This document shows, piece after piece, positions 18,747 through 28,094 of a stretch of 64,000 nucleotides of DNA. The DNA lies in NCBI GenBank assembly GCA_963713975.1, contig OY970218.1, positions 160,001-224,000 on the forward strand, given 5' to 3'. A program made the position numbers and the translations under genes. Position 1 is the first letter of the stretch. Each line of letters begins with the position of its first letter. The notes under the pieces were generated by a model. It searched no databases. It was given only the letters and a program-made list of their open reading frames with translations, and was not told the origin of the DNA. The stretch is from an uncultured Chloroflexia bacterium. GTDB taxonomy: Bacteria > Chloroflexota > Limnocylindria > Limnocylindrales > CSP1-4.

Positions 18747-19637
18747 CTAGATGACGGCGATCGGGTCGACCATCGACCCCGTGGCGCCGCGGATCTTGAC
18801 CGGGAGGGCGACGAACAGGAACTCGTAGATCCGCTGGCGGGCCAGCTCCTCGAGATCCAGGCTCTCCATGATGTAGACGCCCTTCTCGATGAGCAGCGCC
18901 GTGTGTACGGGCTGGGGGTTCCCCTCGGGACCGGGATCGGGCGCAGGCTGGACCTCGAAGGTCTTGGTGTCGGATCCGGCCGCGATCACGCCGCGCTCCA
19001 GCATCCAGCGGGCGGCCGACACGTCGGGACCCGCGGTCTTGTGCTCGGCCATGCGGTCTGCATCGGGCCACAGGCCCATGTAGCCGGTCCTGATCACGAC
19101 GACGTCCCAGGGCCGGACCTCCACCCCCTGCGCGGCGCAGATGGCATCCATCTCGGCGGCGTCGATCGGCGCGCCCTTGGGCAGGCAGTCGACACCGCGA
19201 TAGGTCGGGGCATCGATCAGCACACCACGGGTGAAGAAGGGCGGCATCTTGGCAGCGTCGCCGTGCACGGGCCCGAAGTCGGTGAGGTGCTCGTCGGCAT
19301 TGCCGCCGCCGTACCAGTGCATGTCGTCGGAGAGGGTCATATGGGCGAGGGCGTCCATGTGCGCGCCCGAGTGGCTCGTCGCCATGACGTACTCGGCCAT
19401 GTAGCCGAGACCCGCGTCGTTGACCGGGCCCCACGGCTCCGCCCCGGTCACCCGGATCCCGCGCGGGGTCCGGTAGTTGAGCACCTGGAACGGCGGGTGT
19501 CCCGGGAACAGCGGCATGCCGGGGAACCGGGTCGCAGCCAGCGACACCATGCGTCCCTCGCGGACGAGCGCGGCGGCCTTCACAACCTGCTCGGCAGGCA
19601 TCTCGCCCACCGGCCCGATCTCCTTGCCGAACCTCAT
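18747..19637 (-). CDS. Cyclase-family (kynurenine formamidase-like) amidohydrolase
   Basis: HSGAHMDALAH metal motif, TRGVLID, IRTG, VHTALL..GVYIME, GATGSMVDPIA. Confidence 0.88.
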   Translation of the reverse strand: MRFGKEIGPVGEMPAEQVVKAAALVREGRMVSLAATRFPGMPLFPGHPPFQVLNYRTPRGIRVTGAEPWGPVNDAGLGYMAEYVMATSHSGAHMDALAHMTLSDDMHWYGGGNADEHLTDFGPVHGDAAKMPPFFTRGVLIDAPTYRGVDCLPKGAPIDAAEMDAICAAQGVEVRPWDVVVIRTGYMGLWPDADRMAEHKTAGPDVSAARWMLERGVIAAGSDTKTFEVQPAPDPGPEGNPQPVHTALLIEKGVYIMESLDLEELARQRIYEFLFVALPVKIRGATGSMVDPIAVI

Positions 19638-21913
19638 GAGCCTGCCTCCCCTTGCCCGGTCGAGCCGGGGTCCTCGTGAATGGCCCGCCACACACGCTCT
19701 GGCGTCAGCGGGAGATCGCAGATCCGGGCGCCGGTGGCCTCGCGGACGGCGGCCGCCACAGCGGGGGCGACGCACAGCAGCGCGCCCTCGCTCATGCCCT
19801 TGGCGCCGTAGGGCCCGGGTCCGTCGGCGTTCTCCACCGCCTCGCTGTGGAGCTCGAGCGGCAGGTCCATGCTGGTGGGGATCCGGTAGTCGATGGCGCC
19901 CAGGTTCCGGATCCGTCCCCGCTCGTCGAAAATGTAGTGCTCCATCAGCGTGTGGCCGAGGCCCATGATCGCCGCGCCCTCGTCCTGCATCCGGACCTGG
20001 AGCGGGTTGATGGCCTTGCCCACGTCGCTGACGGTGATGTGGCGGTCGATGGTCACGTCGCCGGTCTCGCGGTCGACCTCCGCCTCGATGACGGTGCAGT
20101 TGAACTCGAAGAAGGCAGCCGAACCGCCGAGCGGATGTCCGGGCTCTGCCTCCTTGCGCGCCTCACCGAGACCGGTGAGCTCGCCGCCCAGCTTGCCGAG
20201 ACCCGGGGTGAGCACCTCGAGCGGCGTGAGCCGGCGACCGTCGGGCAGGAGCACCACGCCCGCATCCACGATGACACCCTCCTCGTCCACCTCGTGGAGG
20301 CGGGCCGCCATCGCGCGCAGGTCGCCCTGGATCGCACGGCAGGCCGCCAGAACGGCGTTGCCCATCAGGACGGTGGATCGCGAGGCCGAAGTCTGCTGGT
20401 CATAGGGGACGACCGCGGTGTCGCCCATCACGACCGTGACCCAGTCCAGCGGCGCCCCCAGCTCCTGGGCGGCGATCTGGGCGAGCACGGTCCGGGCACC
20501 CTGCCCCATGTCCGACGTGCCCGCGTAGACGACGACCGAGCCGTCCACGAGGAGCCGGACGATGGAGTGGCTAAGGCCCGTCGTGGGACCGGACTTGATC
20601 CCCAGCGCGATCCCGCGGCCGCGTCCCTCGGGCAGGGGCGACCCCCACCCGATCCGCTCGGCGGCGAGCCGGACCGTGTCCTCCCAGTCGCCGTCGCAGG
20701 GCGTGTCGAACGGGATGAACCGGTCGCCCTTGCGGGCGAGGTTGCGCAGCCGGATCTCCAGGCGATCAATGCCCAGGGCTAGGGCTCCCTCGTCCAGCGT
20801 CGACTCCACCGCCCAGTTGATCTGGGGGTTGCCAAAGCCGCGGAAGGCGGTGGACGGCACGGTGTGGGAGAGGATCGAGCGGGCGAGGATCCGGACCGCG
20901 GGGATCGTGTAGGGGCCCGCCGCAGGGTACGAGCCCTTGCCCACCACGCGATCGGCGATGTCCGCGTAGGCGCCGATGAGGTAGTCGGCCTCTATGTCCT
21001 GGAACAGGATCCGGCCGTCGCGGTCGAACCCGGTCCGGACCCGGGATTCGCACGCGGTCCGGCGGGCCGCCTGGAACGACTCCTCGAGGGTGAGCACCAG
21101 GCGCACCGGCCGGCCCAGGATCAGCGCCGCGAAGGCCACGGCCGGCTCGAGCTTGGTGTGCTGCTTGCCGCCGAAGCCGCCGCCCGGATCGGGGGCATAG
21201 ACGCGAACCTTGGACAACGGCATGTCCACCAGGCCGGCGATCAGCTTCTGGAGCCAGTTGGGGTGCTGGATCGTGCTCCAGATCGCGAGGCCGTCCCCAT
21301 CGGGGGCCGCCATGAACGCGTGGGGCTCGATGGCGAAGTGGGTCACCATCGGGAACGTGTAGCGCCCCTCCACCACGAGGTGCGCCCGTCCGGCCTCGGC
21401 CTCGACGTCGCCCCAACCGACCCGGTGCTCGGTGAGGACGTTGGTGTCCGCGAGCCGGTCATCGGGCCGCAGGGCCGCGTCCTGGACGAGCGGGGCGTCA
21501 GGAGCGAGGGCGCCCGACACCGTGAACACGGCCGGCAGCTCCTCGTGGTCCACCCGGACGAGGTGCGCCGCGCGTTCGGCCAGGTCCCGGGTGTCTGCGA
21601 CCACCAGGGCGACGGCCTCGCCGTGGAACTTGGTCTCGCCGACGGCAAGCACGGGCCGGTCTTGCTTCTGCGGCCCGAACCGGGGCATCGGCTTGGGCAG
21701 GTCGTCTGCGGTCATCACGAGGTGGACGCCGGGCAGGGCGAGCGCCTCTGAGGCGTCAATGCCCAGGATCCGCGCCCGGGCGCAGTCCAGCGTCACCAGC
21801 TTCGCGTGCAGGGCGTCGGCCACCGGCAGGTCCGCCAGGTAGCGCTGGGCGCCGGTGACGCGGTCGATGCCGCCCACGCGGTTGGGAGAGTCGCCGACGC
21901 GCGCCGCGCTCAT
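19634..21913 (-). CDS. Xanthine dehydrogenase-family molybdopterin-binding (large) subunit
   Basis: Motifs GGGFGGKQ, AFRGFGNPQ, DMGQG, SASRST, GPYGAKGMSE, LPLTPERV. Confidence 0.92.
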   Translation of the reverse strand: MSAARVGDSPNRVGGIDRVTGAQRYLADLPVADALHAKLVTLDCARARILGIDASEALALPGVHLVMTADDLPKPMPRFGPQKQDRPVLAVGETKFHGEAVALVVADTRDLAERAAHLVRVDHEELPAVFTVSGALAPDAPLVQDAALRPDDRLADTNVLTEHRVGWGDVEAEAGRAHLVVEGRYTFPMVTHFAIEPHAFMAAPDGDGLAIWSTIQHPNWLQKLIAGLVDMPLSKVRVYAPDPGGGFGGKQHTKLEPAVAFAALILGRPVRLVLTLEESFQAARRTACESRVRTGFDRDGRILFQDIEADYLIGAYADIADRVVGKGSYPAAGPYTIPAVRILARSILSHTVPSTAFRGFGNPQINWAVESTLDEGALALGIDRLEIRLRNLARKGDRFIPFDTPCDGDWEDTVRLAAERIGWGSPLPEGRGRGIALGIKSGPTTGLSHSIVRLLVDGSVVVYAGTSDMGQGARTVLAQIAAQELGAPLDWVTVVMGDTAVVPYDQQTSASRSTVLMGNAVLAACRAIQGDLRAMAARLHEVDEEGVIVDAGVVLLPDGRRLTPLEVLTPGLGKLGGELTGLGEARKEAEPGHPLGGSAAFFEFNCTVIEAEVDRETGDVTIDRHITVSDVGKAINPLQVRMQDEGAAIMGLGHTLMEHYIFDERGRIRNLGAIDYRIPTSMDLPLELHSEAVENADGPGPYGAKGMSEGALLCVAPAVAAAVREATGARICDLPLTPERVWRAIHEDPGSTGQGEAGS

Positions 21914-22386
21914 CGACCGGCCCCGTCTGCGGTGGTGCGGATGGCGTCGAAGATCTGCTCGTAGCAGGCACAGCGGCAGAGGTTGCCTGCCATGCCCTCC
22001 TCGATCTCGGTCTGGCTGGGATGCGGATGCTCCTCGAGCAGCGCGTGCGCCGAGACGAGTTGCCCCGGGATGCAGAACCCGCACTGCACCGCCCCCTGGT
22101 CAAGGAACGCGGCCTGCAACGGCGAGAGCACGCCGGCGTCGGCCAGGCCCTCGACGGTGAGGATCTCGGACCCGTCCGCCTCCACGGCCAGGACGAGACA
22201 CGAATCCACCGTCCGGCCATCCACCATCACGGTGCAGGCGCCACACTCGCCCACCAGGCAGCACTCCTTGGCGCCGGTGAGGGCCAGGTCGTCGCGCAGG
22301 ACGTCGAGCAGCGTGTGGTTCGGGGCCACGTCCACCGTGCGGGGCGCGCCGTTGATCGTGACCTCGATGGGGATGTTCGGGATCAT
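21910..22386 (-). CDS. Xanthine dehydrogenase-family [2Fe-2S] (small) subunit
   Basis: Motifs KECCLVGECGACTV..SC, QCGFCIPG, GNLCRC. Confidence 0.93.
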   Translation of the reverse strand: MIPNIPIEVTINGAPRTVDVAPNHTLLDVLRDDLALTGAKECCLVGECGACTVMVDGRTVDSCLVLAVEADGSEILTVEGLADAGVLSPLQAAFLDQGAVQCGFCIPGQLVSAHALLEEHPHPSQTEIEEGMAGNLCRCACYEQIFDAIRTTADGAGR

Positions 22387-23252
22387 GCCTGCCCCTCTGT
22401 CTCATGGCGTTCCAACGCCGTGGCCAGCGCTCGCCGGCCGAGGACGCGGAGCATCGCGAGCCGGTACTCGGGACCGGCGCGCATGGAGCGGACCGAGGGG
22501 CTCGCGTCCGCAAAGATGCGTTCGAAGATGGCCGCACGGGCGTCGTCCGACGAACCCGGGTTGGCCAGGGTGCCCGTCGTGTCCAAGCGGAGCAGTGGCC
22601 GGGGTCCGACGCTCCCGTACGCGACCCGCGTGGTGCCCGTGGCGTCCACCCCACAGGCGACGGTGACGGACGCCAGGTCGTGCCCCCGGCGTCGGGTCCG
22701 ACGCTGGTGGGCGCTCGCGATCCGGTCGGCGGGCAGCGGCAGCTCGATCGCCGTGACCAGCTCCCCGCGGAGGAGGGTGGTCACGCCGGAGCGGACGAAC
22801 AGGTCGTCCACCGGGATACGCCGCGTCCCATCCGGCCCGGCCGCCACCACCACCGCGCCGTGCACGAGCAGGGCCGGCACCGTGTCGGCGGCAGGCGAGG
22901 CGTTGCACACGTTGCCGGCCAGCGTGGCCCGATTCCGGATCTGGACCGAGCCCACCACGGCGGCGGACTCGGCCAGCGCGGGCGCATGGAGTCCCACGAG
23001 TGGATCAGCGGCCACGTCGGTCATGACGGTCGTGGCCCCGATCACCAGGGTGCTACCGTCGATGCGGATCCCGGGCGCGAGCTCGGGGATCCGCTTGACG
23101 TCCACCACCAGACCTGGTGCCACGGTGCCGTCACGGAGCCGGATGACCAGGTCCGTGCCACCGGCGAGGACGCGCGCCCCGGGCCCGTGTTCCGCGAGCA
23201 GGGCGACGGCCTCGGCGAGCGAAGCGGGCCGGGCGTATTCGAAGGGGTGCAT
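22383..23252 (-). CDS. Xanthine dehydrogenase-family FAD-binding (medium) subunit
   Basis: Motifs FEYARPASL, LAGGTDL, QIRNRATLAGNVCNASPAAD. Confidence 0.92.
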   Translation of the reverse strand: MHPFEYARPASLAEAVALLAEHGPGARVLAGGTDLVIRLRDGTVAPGLVVDVKRIPELAPGIRIDGSTLVIGATTVMTDVAADPLVGLHAPALAESAAVVGSVQIRNRATLAGNVCNASPAADTVPALLVHGAVVVAAGPDGTRRIPVDDLFVRSGVTTLLRGELVTAIELPLPADRIASAHQRRTRRRGHDLASVTVACGVDATGTTRVAYGSVGPRPLLRLDTTGTLANPGSSDDARAAIFERIFADASPSVRSMRAGPEYRLAMLRVLGRRALATALERHETEGQA

Positions 23253-23268
23253 GCTTCCGAGAGCTCCG

Positions 23269-24156
23269 CTAGAGGATCTTGTCAACCTCGTCCAGGAGGA
23301 CCTGGGGGGTCGCTGCCCGGATGAAGAAGAACGGCCGCTCGCAGAAGCGGGCCACGAAGTCCGCCCGCCGCGCGCGCAGGACGTCGTTGTCCACCATCGG
23401 CATGACATGGCCCGGGGCCAGCAGCTCGTTGGTCAGGAAGTAGTTCTGCAGGGAGTGCAGGAACTGGAACTGGCGCTCGAACGGGATCAGCTCGTTTGTC
23501 GCCGGATCGAAGTTGCCGTCGATCGCGGGGACGATGACGAGGTCGATGATGGGGGCGCCCTCGTACATGCCCCAGGACGGCATCTCGCCCCAGAACTTCT
23601 CGACGCCCTTGTTGGGGGCGGCCTTGTCGGAGCGCTCGGTGCCCTCGGTGCGCTTCACGAGGAACGTGTCCACGGATCCCATGGCGGCACGGCCGTCCTC
23701 GTCGATGACCGTGGTCTCGGAAGCGACCTGGAGCGCGCCGCGCACGCCGGCCTCGATGAGGCCCATGCTCTTGCCGTGGTTGGACTCGCCGCCAAGGAAC
23801 ACCAGCGTCTTGCCGCGGTAGTTGACGGCGGCGCTATGGGACGGGTGGAGACCCACTGCCTCCATGCGCAAGGCGAGGACGGCAACGATCACCTTCTGGA
23901 TCGGGCCCGCGGGCCACTGACCGGTGAACGAGACCGTTCGCCCGTCGTAGGTCACGGCCTTGTCGCCGTCCTGGTTCCAGACGATGTCGGGATCGGCCAG
24001 CGTGACTTCCGGGGAGATGCGGACGTCGGCGAGGCGGTAGTTGAGGAAGGTCAGGTCGTCGAGCACGTGCTCACGCGGTTCGCCGCCGTACACGTCCACG
24101 CGCAGGCGGGCGGCGCCTGCCGAGAACTCCTCCGTCAGTTGCAGCTTGTCGTTCAT
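23269..24156 (-). CDS. Hypothetical P-loop protein, HPr kinase/PEPCK-like fold
   Basis: HSAAVNYRGKTLVFLGGESNHGKS resembles the HprK-like H-x-x-x-V plus Walker A arrangement. Good codon usage and AAGGA RBS. Confidence 0.6.
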   Translation of the reverse strand: MNDKLQLTEEFSAGAARLRVDVYGGEPREHVLDDLTFLNYRLADVRISPEVTLADPDIVWNQDGDKAVTYDGRTVSFTGQWPAGPIQKVIVAVLALRMEAVGLHPSHSAAVNYRGKTLVFLGGESNHGKSMGLIEAGVRGALQVASETTVIDEDGRAAMGSVDTFLVKRTEGTERSDKAAPNKGVEKFWGEMPSWGMYEGAPIIDLVIVPAIDGNFDPATNELIPFERQFQFLHSLQNYFLTNELLAPGHVMPMVDNDVLRARRADFVARFCERPFFFIRAATPQVLLDEVDKIL

Positions 24157-24172
24157 CGTGTCCTTTCGCTGG

Positions 24173-24910
24173 TCATGCCGCTCCGGCACTGGTCGGGGCT
24201 GCGCGCGTCGCGTGCGGCTGTGTTGCGGTCTGCGGCGCGTCCGCCAACTCGGCCTCGTCGGCCCAGAGCCCGGCGAGCATGAGACTGGCATCAGTGAAGT
24301 GGTCGCGGATGGCGGCGTCGGCCCGATCGGCGTCGTGGGCGCGGAGCGCCTCCAGCACGGGAGCGTGCCGCTCGGCGATCAGGTGCCGGTCCGACCCGGG
24401 GACCGCGATCGTGATGTAGGTGCGGGAGTACGGCTCGAGCAGGCCCCAGACCCGCTTGAGCGTGGGATTGCCGGCCCGATCGATGAGGTAGCCGTGGAAG
24501 GCGGCGTCCGCGGACGCTTCTCCGACAGCATCACCGGCCGCCGCGGCCCGACGCATGTCGGCGAGGTACGTCGCGAGCTGATCGAGATCGCCGTCGGTCA
24601 TGCTGGGAACCGCCAGCCGGACACCGAGCGCCTCGAGCTCCGCGCGAACGACGTACGCCTCGAGGAGCTCGCTACGCGAGGGATGCCGGACCCTGGCGCC
24701 ACGGAACGGCGCGATCTCCACGACCCCGAGTGCCTCGAGGTCGCGGAGCGCCTCCCGGACGGGCGCCTGGCTCGTCCCGAACTCACGGGCCGCCCGGGTC
24801 TCAACGATCCGGGACCCGGGTGGATAGCGGCCGTCAAGGATCGCCTCCAGGAGGCGGTCCTTGACGGTGTCGCTCAGGACGCTGCGTGAGATGGGGTTCT
24901 CGGCAGGCAT
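24173..24910 (-). CDS. GntR-family (FadR/FCD) transcriptional regulator 1
   Basis: HTH YPPGSRIVE..AREFGTSQAPVREAL; FCD domain ADAAFH...H...H. Confidence 0.93.
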   Translation of the reverse strand: MPAENPISRSVLSDTVKDRLLEAILDGRYPPGSRIVETRAAREFGTSQAPVREALRDLEALGVVEIAPFRGARVRHPSRSELLEAYVVRAELEALGVRLAVPSMTDGDLDQLATYLADMRRAAAAGDAVGEASADAAFHGYLIDRAGNPTLKRVWGLLEPYSRTYITIAVPGSDRHLIAERHAPVLEALRAHDADRADAAIRDHFTDASLMLAGLWADEAELADAPQTATQPHATRAAPTSAGAA

Positions 24911-24943
24911 CCTGGTTGTTCCTATCCTCCGCTGATCGGGGTG

Positions 24944-26677
24944 CTAGAGGATCTCGACCACGCCGGCGTTGCCGTCGACGCGGATCCGATCCCCGGTCTT
25001 GATCCGGTAGGTGCCGACGGACGTGCCAACGACGGCCGGGATCTCGTACTCGCGGGCGAGCACCGCCGGGTGGGCGACGAGGTCGCCCGCGTTGGTCACC
25101 ACCGCGATGATCTTCCCGTACAGGACCTGCCAGGCCGGGTTGGTCATCTCGCACACGAGGATCTCGCCCGGGACGAGGCTGTCGAACTCGTCGGTCGACA
25201 TGACGACGCGCGCCACGCCCTCGACGACGCCCGGCGAGCCGCCGATGCCGACGATCGTGTCGCCTTCCATCTCGCGCGGCCGGTTGAACTTGTCCGGGAA
25301 GCCCCAGAGGTTCAGGTACGGGAAGGCGAGCTGCGTCTGGGTGACGGTGCCGACCCAGTCCTTCGGCCGGACCTGCTCGGCCGCGGCCCGCTTTGCCCGG
25401 GCGGCCTCGGCGATCGCACGCCCGCTCTCGGCATCCGGTGCCCCCATGAACTCGCGGAGCCCGTTGTAGCGGAACAGGATCGTGTCGTCCGGCCGATCGA
25501 GCATGCCCATCTCGACCAGCTTCTCGCCGATGGCGACGAGGACGAGACGGACGTGCGCGTTGGCGCCCTGGTCGATGTAGAAGTGGTGATCAGGCGTGAG
25601 CGGCGCCATCTTGAGGTTGATCTCGTTGGCGGCGCGCATCTTCTCGAGCGCCTCGCCCTCGAGCCCCTCGAGGATCTGTGCCGCCGCGGCCTCGATGTCG
25701 GCCTTGAGGGCCGCGACCTTGGACGGGTAGTCGTAGTCCGACGTGTACTGGTCCCGCACGAGCTGGATGACCGGGTTCATGTCCTCGCGGAAGGAGGGGT
25801 AGATGAACTCGTGGCTCCAGACGGCGTGCCAGCCGAACTCTTTCTGGTACGGGACGACCTTCTCGGCGAGGAACCGCCGGCCCGTCTCGGTGGCCTCGAG
25901 GGCCGGGACGATCGACGTGGCGCCCACCTTGGCGAAGGCGGCCTGCAGCTCCGCGCTGGTCTTGACCTCCTCCTTCATCTCCCACAGGGCGCGGATCTTG
26001 TCCCAGTTGCGGTCGTCCGCGGAGTTCTGGAGACGGCCCAGGAGGACGTTGTCGATCTTGCCGTGGGTCTCCTCCATGACCGCCCGCAGGTTGAGCGTCG
26101 CGCTGAGCTGCGCGAAGTTCAGCATCCAGTGGATCTTCCAGTGGCGGTCATGCATGTCGATGGCGTCCTCGAGGAGGACGGCCAGGTCGGCGAGGGAGAG
26201 GTCCGCCTTCCGGTCGAGCATGCTCTCGATATAGTCGAAGTTGCGCTGCATCTCCGGCACGAAGCGCGTCTTCCACCAGAAGGTGAAGTTCTGGCCGTAG
26301 ACCGGCAGGACGAGGCCGAGGTACGCCCCGATCTTGGCTGCGTACTCGTTGTCCTCGGGGACGATGGGGTGGGTCTGGTAGTTGTACTCCTGCGTGGCGA
26401 CGTCGACGCCGGCCTCGGCCGGGATGGCGGTCGTGTACAGGTAGCCGTTGATGTTCTTGTAGATCCAGTCCGACGCGAACGGGGTTCCGAAGCGGCGGAA
26501 CATGTGGTCGCACGAGAGCCACCAGCCGCCGATGTCCTCATACATCGGGCTCAGCGGCTTGGGGCAGTGGAGGTCGTCGAAGACCCAGAACAGCAGCTTC
26601 TCGGTCTCGGACGTCCACTCGATCGGGAACGACTCGTCCCCCAGGAACTCGCCGAGGACTTCTTCCTTCAGGGGCAC
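24944..26677 (-). CDS. PEP-utilising enzyme with C-terminal phospho-His swivel domain and no ATP-grasp (phenylphosphate synthase PpsA / CreH-like architecture)
   Basis: C-terminal GSPGVVEGVARV, ILVCEMTNPAW, AHPAVLAREYEIPAVVG, IRVDG. N-terminal W..DDLHCPKP and INGYLY. AGGAGG RBS. Confidence 0.85.
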   Translation of the reverse strand: MPLKEEVLGEFLGDESFPIEWTSETEKLLFWVFDDLHCPKPLSPMYEDIGGWWLSCDHMFRRFGTPFASDWIYKNINGYLYTTAIPAEAGVDVATQEYNYQTHPIVPEDNEYAAKIGAYLGLVLPVYGQNFTFWWKTRFVPEMQRNFDYIESMLDRKADLSLADLAVLLEDAIDMHDRHWKIHWMLNFAQLSATLNLRAVMEETHGKIDNVLLGRLQNSADDRNWDKIRALWEMKEEVKTSAELQAAFAKVGATSIVPALEATETGRRFLAEKVVPYQKEFGWHAVWSHEFIYPSFREDMNPVIQLVRDQYTSDYDYPSKVAALKADIEAAAAQILEGLEGEALEKMRAANEINLKMAPLTPDHHFYIDQGANAHVRLVLVAIGEKLVEMGMLDRPDDTILFRYNGLREFMGAPDAESGRAIAEAARAKRAAAEQVRPKDWVGTVTQTQLAFPYLNLWGFPDKFNRPREMEGDTIVGIGGSPGVVEGVARVVMSTDEFDSLVPGEILVCEMTNPAWQVLYGKIIAVVTNAGDLVAHPAVLAREYEIPAVVGTSVGTYRIKTGDRIRVDGNAGVVEIL

Positions 26678-26834
26678 CGCTGCTTCCTCCTAGTTTGGGG
26701 TTGATCGGCGACACCCTGGCCGCCGGTTTCCTGGTGCTGGCCTGGCCGGACGCCCGCCGGGCCCTTGATCCGCTGGAACGACTGTTGCTCGCTGATCGCC
26801 CCGATCGTCTGCCTCCACCGACATGCGGCAATGG

Positions 26835-26885
26835 ATCGATAATCGATTGTCGATAACACTAGGGCCCTTCTCCTCCCGCAGTCAA
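26835..26885 (-). promoter_or_regulatory. Sigma70-like promoter with triple 7-nt operator repeat, upstream of the 10-gene minus-strand operon
   Basis: Minus strand TTGACT-18 nt-TAGTGT, directly followed by the operator (plus strand ATCGATA ATCGATT GTCGATA, 26835-26855). Confidence 0.7.
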
Positions 26886-27812
26886 GGGCGATCTCGCAGG
26901 CGCCGGGCGCTGGGCGAGGACGACCGCCACGAGGATCGCGCACCCGCCGGCCATCTCCGCGACGGTCAGCCGCTGGCCCAGAACCACGGCCGCTACGACG
27001 ACCGCGACGACCGGTTCCATCAGCAGTGCCACCGCCGCCCGCGTGCTGCCGATCAGGCGCACGCCGCCCATGATCCACACCTTGGGCAGCGCGCCGACGG
27101 TCCCGGCACACAGGATCGCGACCCAGGCGACCGGCGATGCCAGCCACTCGCCCGCCACGCCGGCCCCGTACATCACGAGCGAGGCGGTGCCCGAGATCGC
27201 CAGCCCGCCCGCGAGGACGAGCGAGGTGGCCTGGACGCCGGGGACGTCGTCGAACCCGCCGCGGATCGCCACGAGGTACACCGCGTGGCAGGCCGATGCG
27301 ATGCCGGCAAGCGCGATGCCCACCGCGGTCGCGTGGGCCCCGGGGCCCAGCTGGCTGCCGAGGATCAGGGCGATGCCGGCAAGCGCCATGGCGAGCGCGA
27401 CGATCCGGGGCCGCGTCAGTCGCTCCCGGCCGAGTGCGGCAGACATCAGGGCCACGAGCGTCGGGTAGCAGTAGTAGACGGCCATGACCAGCGCGACGGC
27501 CATCGCCCCGAAGGCAAAGAACAGGACGAGGTTCATCGCTCCGTTGACGGCCATCGCCAGCGCGAGCATGACCTTCTGTCGACTCGGCAGCCGAGCGAGG
27601 CTGACCGATGGCTGTCGCCCGGAGATCACGAGCGCGCCGAGGATGGACATCCCGATGGCCGCCCGAAGCGCGCTGAAGGTCGCCGGGTCCACCCCCTCGG
27701 TGTAGGCCACCGCGGCGACCGGTCCGAGCGTGCCCATCGCGGCCGCCGCCGCAAGCACCTTGAGCAGGCCGCCGGCACCCCGGTCGCGCGCCATCAACCC
27801 GGTGACCGCCAT
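26859..27812 (-). CDS. EamA/DMT-family transporter
   Basis: About ten hydrophobic segments with two EamA repeats (YCYPTLV..LGRERL; LMEPVVA..LGQRL). Confidence 0.88.
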   Translation of the reverse strand: MAVTGLMARDRGAGGLLKVLAAAAAMGTLGPVAAVAYTEGVDPATFSALRAAIGMSILGALVISGRQPSVSLARLPSRQKVMLALAMAVNGAMNLVLFFAFGAMAVALVMAVYYCYPTLVALMSAALGRERLTRPRIVALAMALAGIALILGSQLGPGAHATAVGIALAGIASACHAVYLVAIRGGFDDVPGVQATSLVLAGGLAISGTASLVMYGAGVAGEWLASPVAWVAILCAGTVGALPKVWIMGGVRLIGSTRAAVALLMEPVVAVVVAAVVLGQRLTVAEMAGGCAILVAVVLAQRPAPARSPLTAGGEGP

Positions 27813-27853
27813 GGTGTCCTCCGCCCCCGTTCCGCAACCCCGGCGAATTCTGC

Positions 27854-27914
27854 TTGCAATCCGGCACTCGGGCCTACTACTATCCTCGATTATCGATGAT
27901 TGTTCATCATCGAG
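27854..27914 (+). promoter_or_regulatory. Sigma70-like promoter with TCGATTATCGA operator, upstream of the ABC importer
   Basis: TTGCAA (27854)-18 nt-TACTAT (27878). TCGATTATCGA at 27886 lies within a larger CTCGAT...ATCGAG inverted repeat. Confidence 0.68.
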
Positions 27915-28094
27915 CATCAAGCACCGAACGGGTCCTGAGCATGTGCAGATGGCAATGAGCCCGGTGGCTGGCACCGGCTCCATCGTGACGGCGGCGCCGA
28001 GACCGGGGCACGCGTCGAAGTCGGCCGGTCCGGGCGGCTTCGCGCCGACGACGATCGTCGGCGGACGCTGGCCGCGAACGGCCGGTGACGCCTG

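Noticed and set aside
19634-23252. Aerobic CO dehydrogenase (coxMSL) call
   Set aside because: The large subunit has AFRGF rather than the AYxCSFR Cu-binding loop, and no cox accessory genes are present.
24944-26677. Rifampicin phosphotransferase or PEP synthase call
   Set aside because: There is no ATP-grasp domain and no C-terminal pyruvate barrel, and the context is catabolic.
26690-26824. 44-codon minus-strand uORF ending in the SD of the PEP-utiliser gene
   Set aside because: No RBS, low-complexity product, and no evidence of translation.
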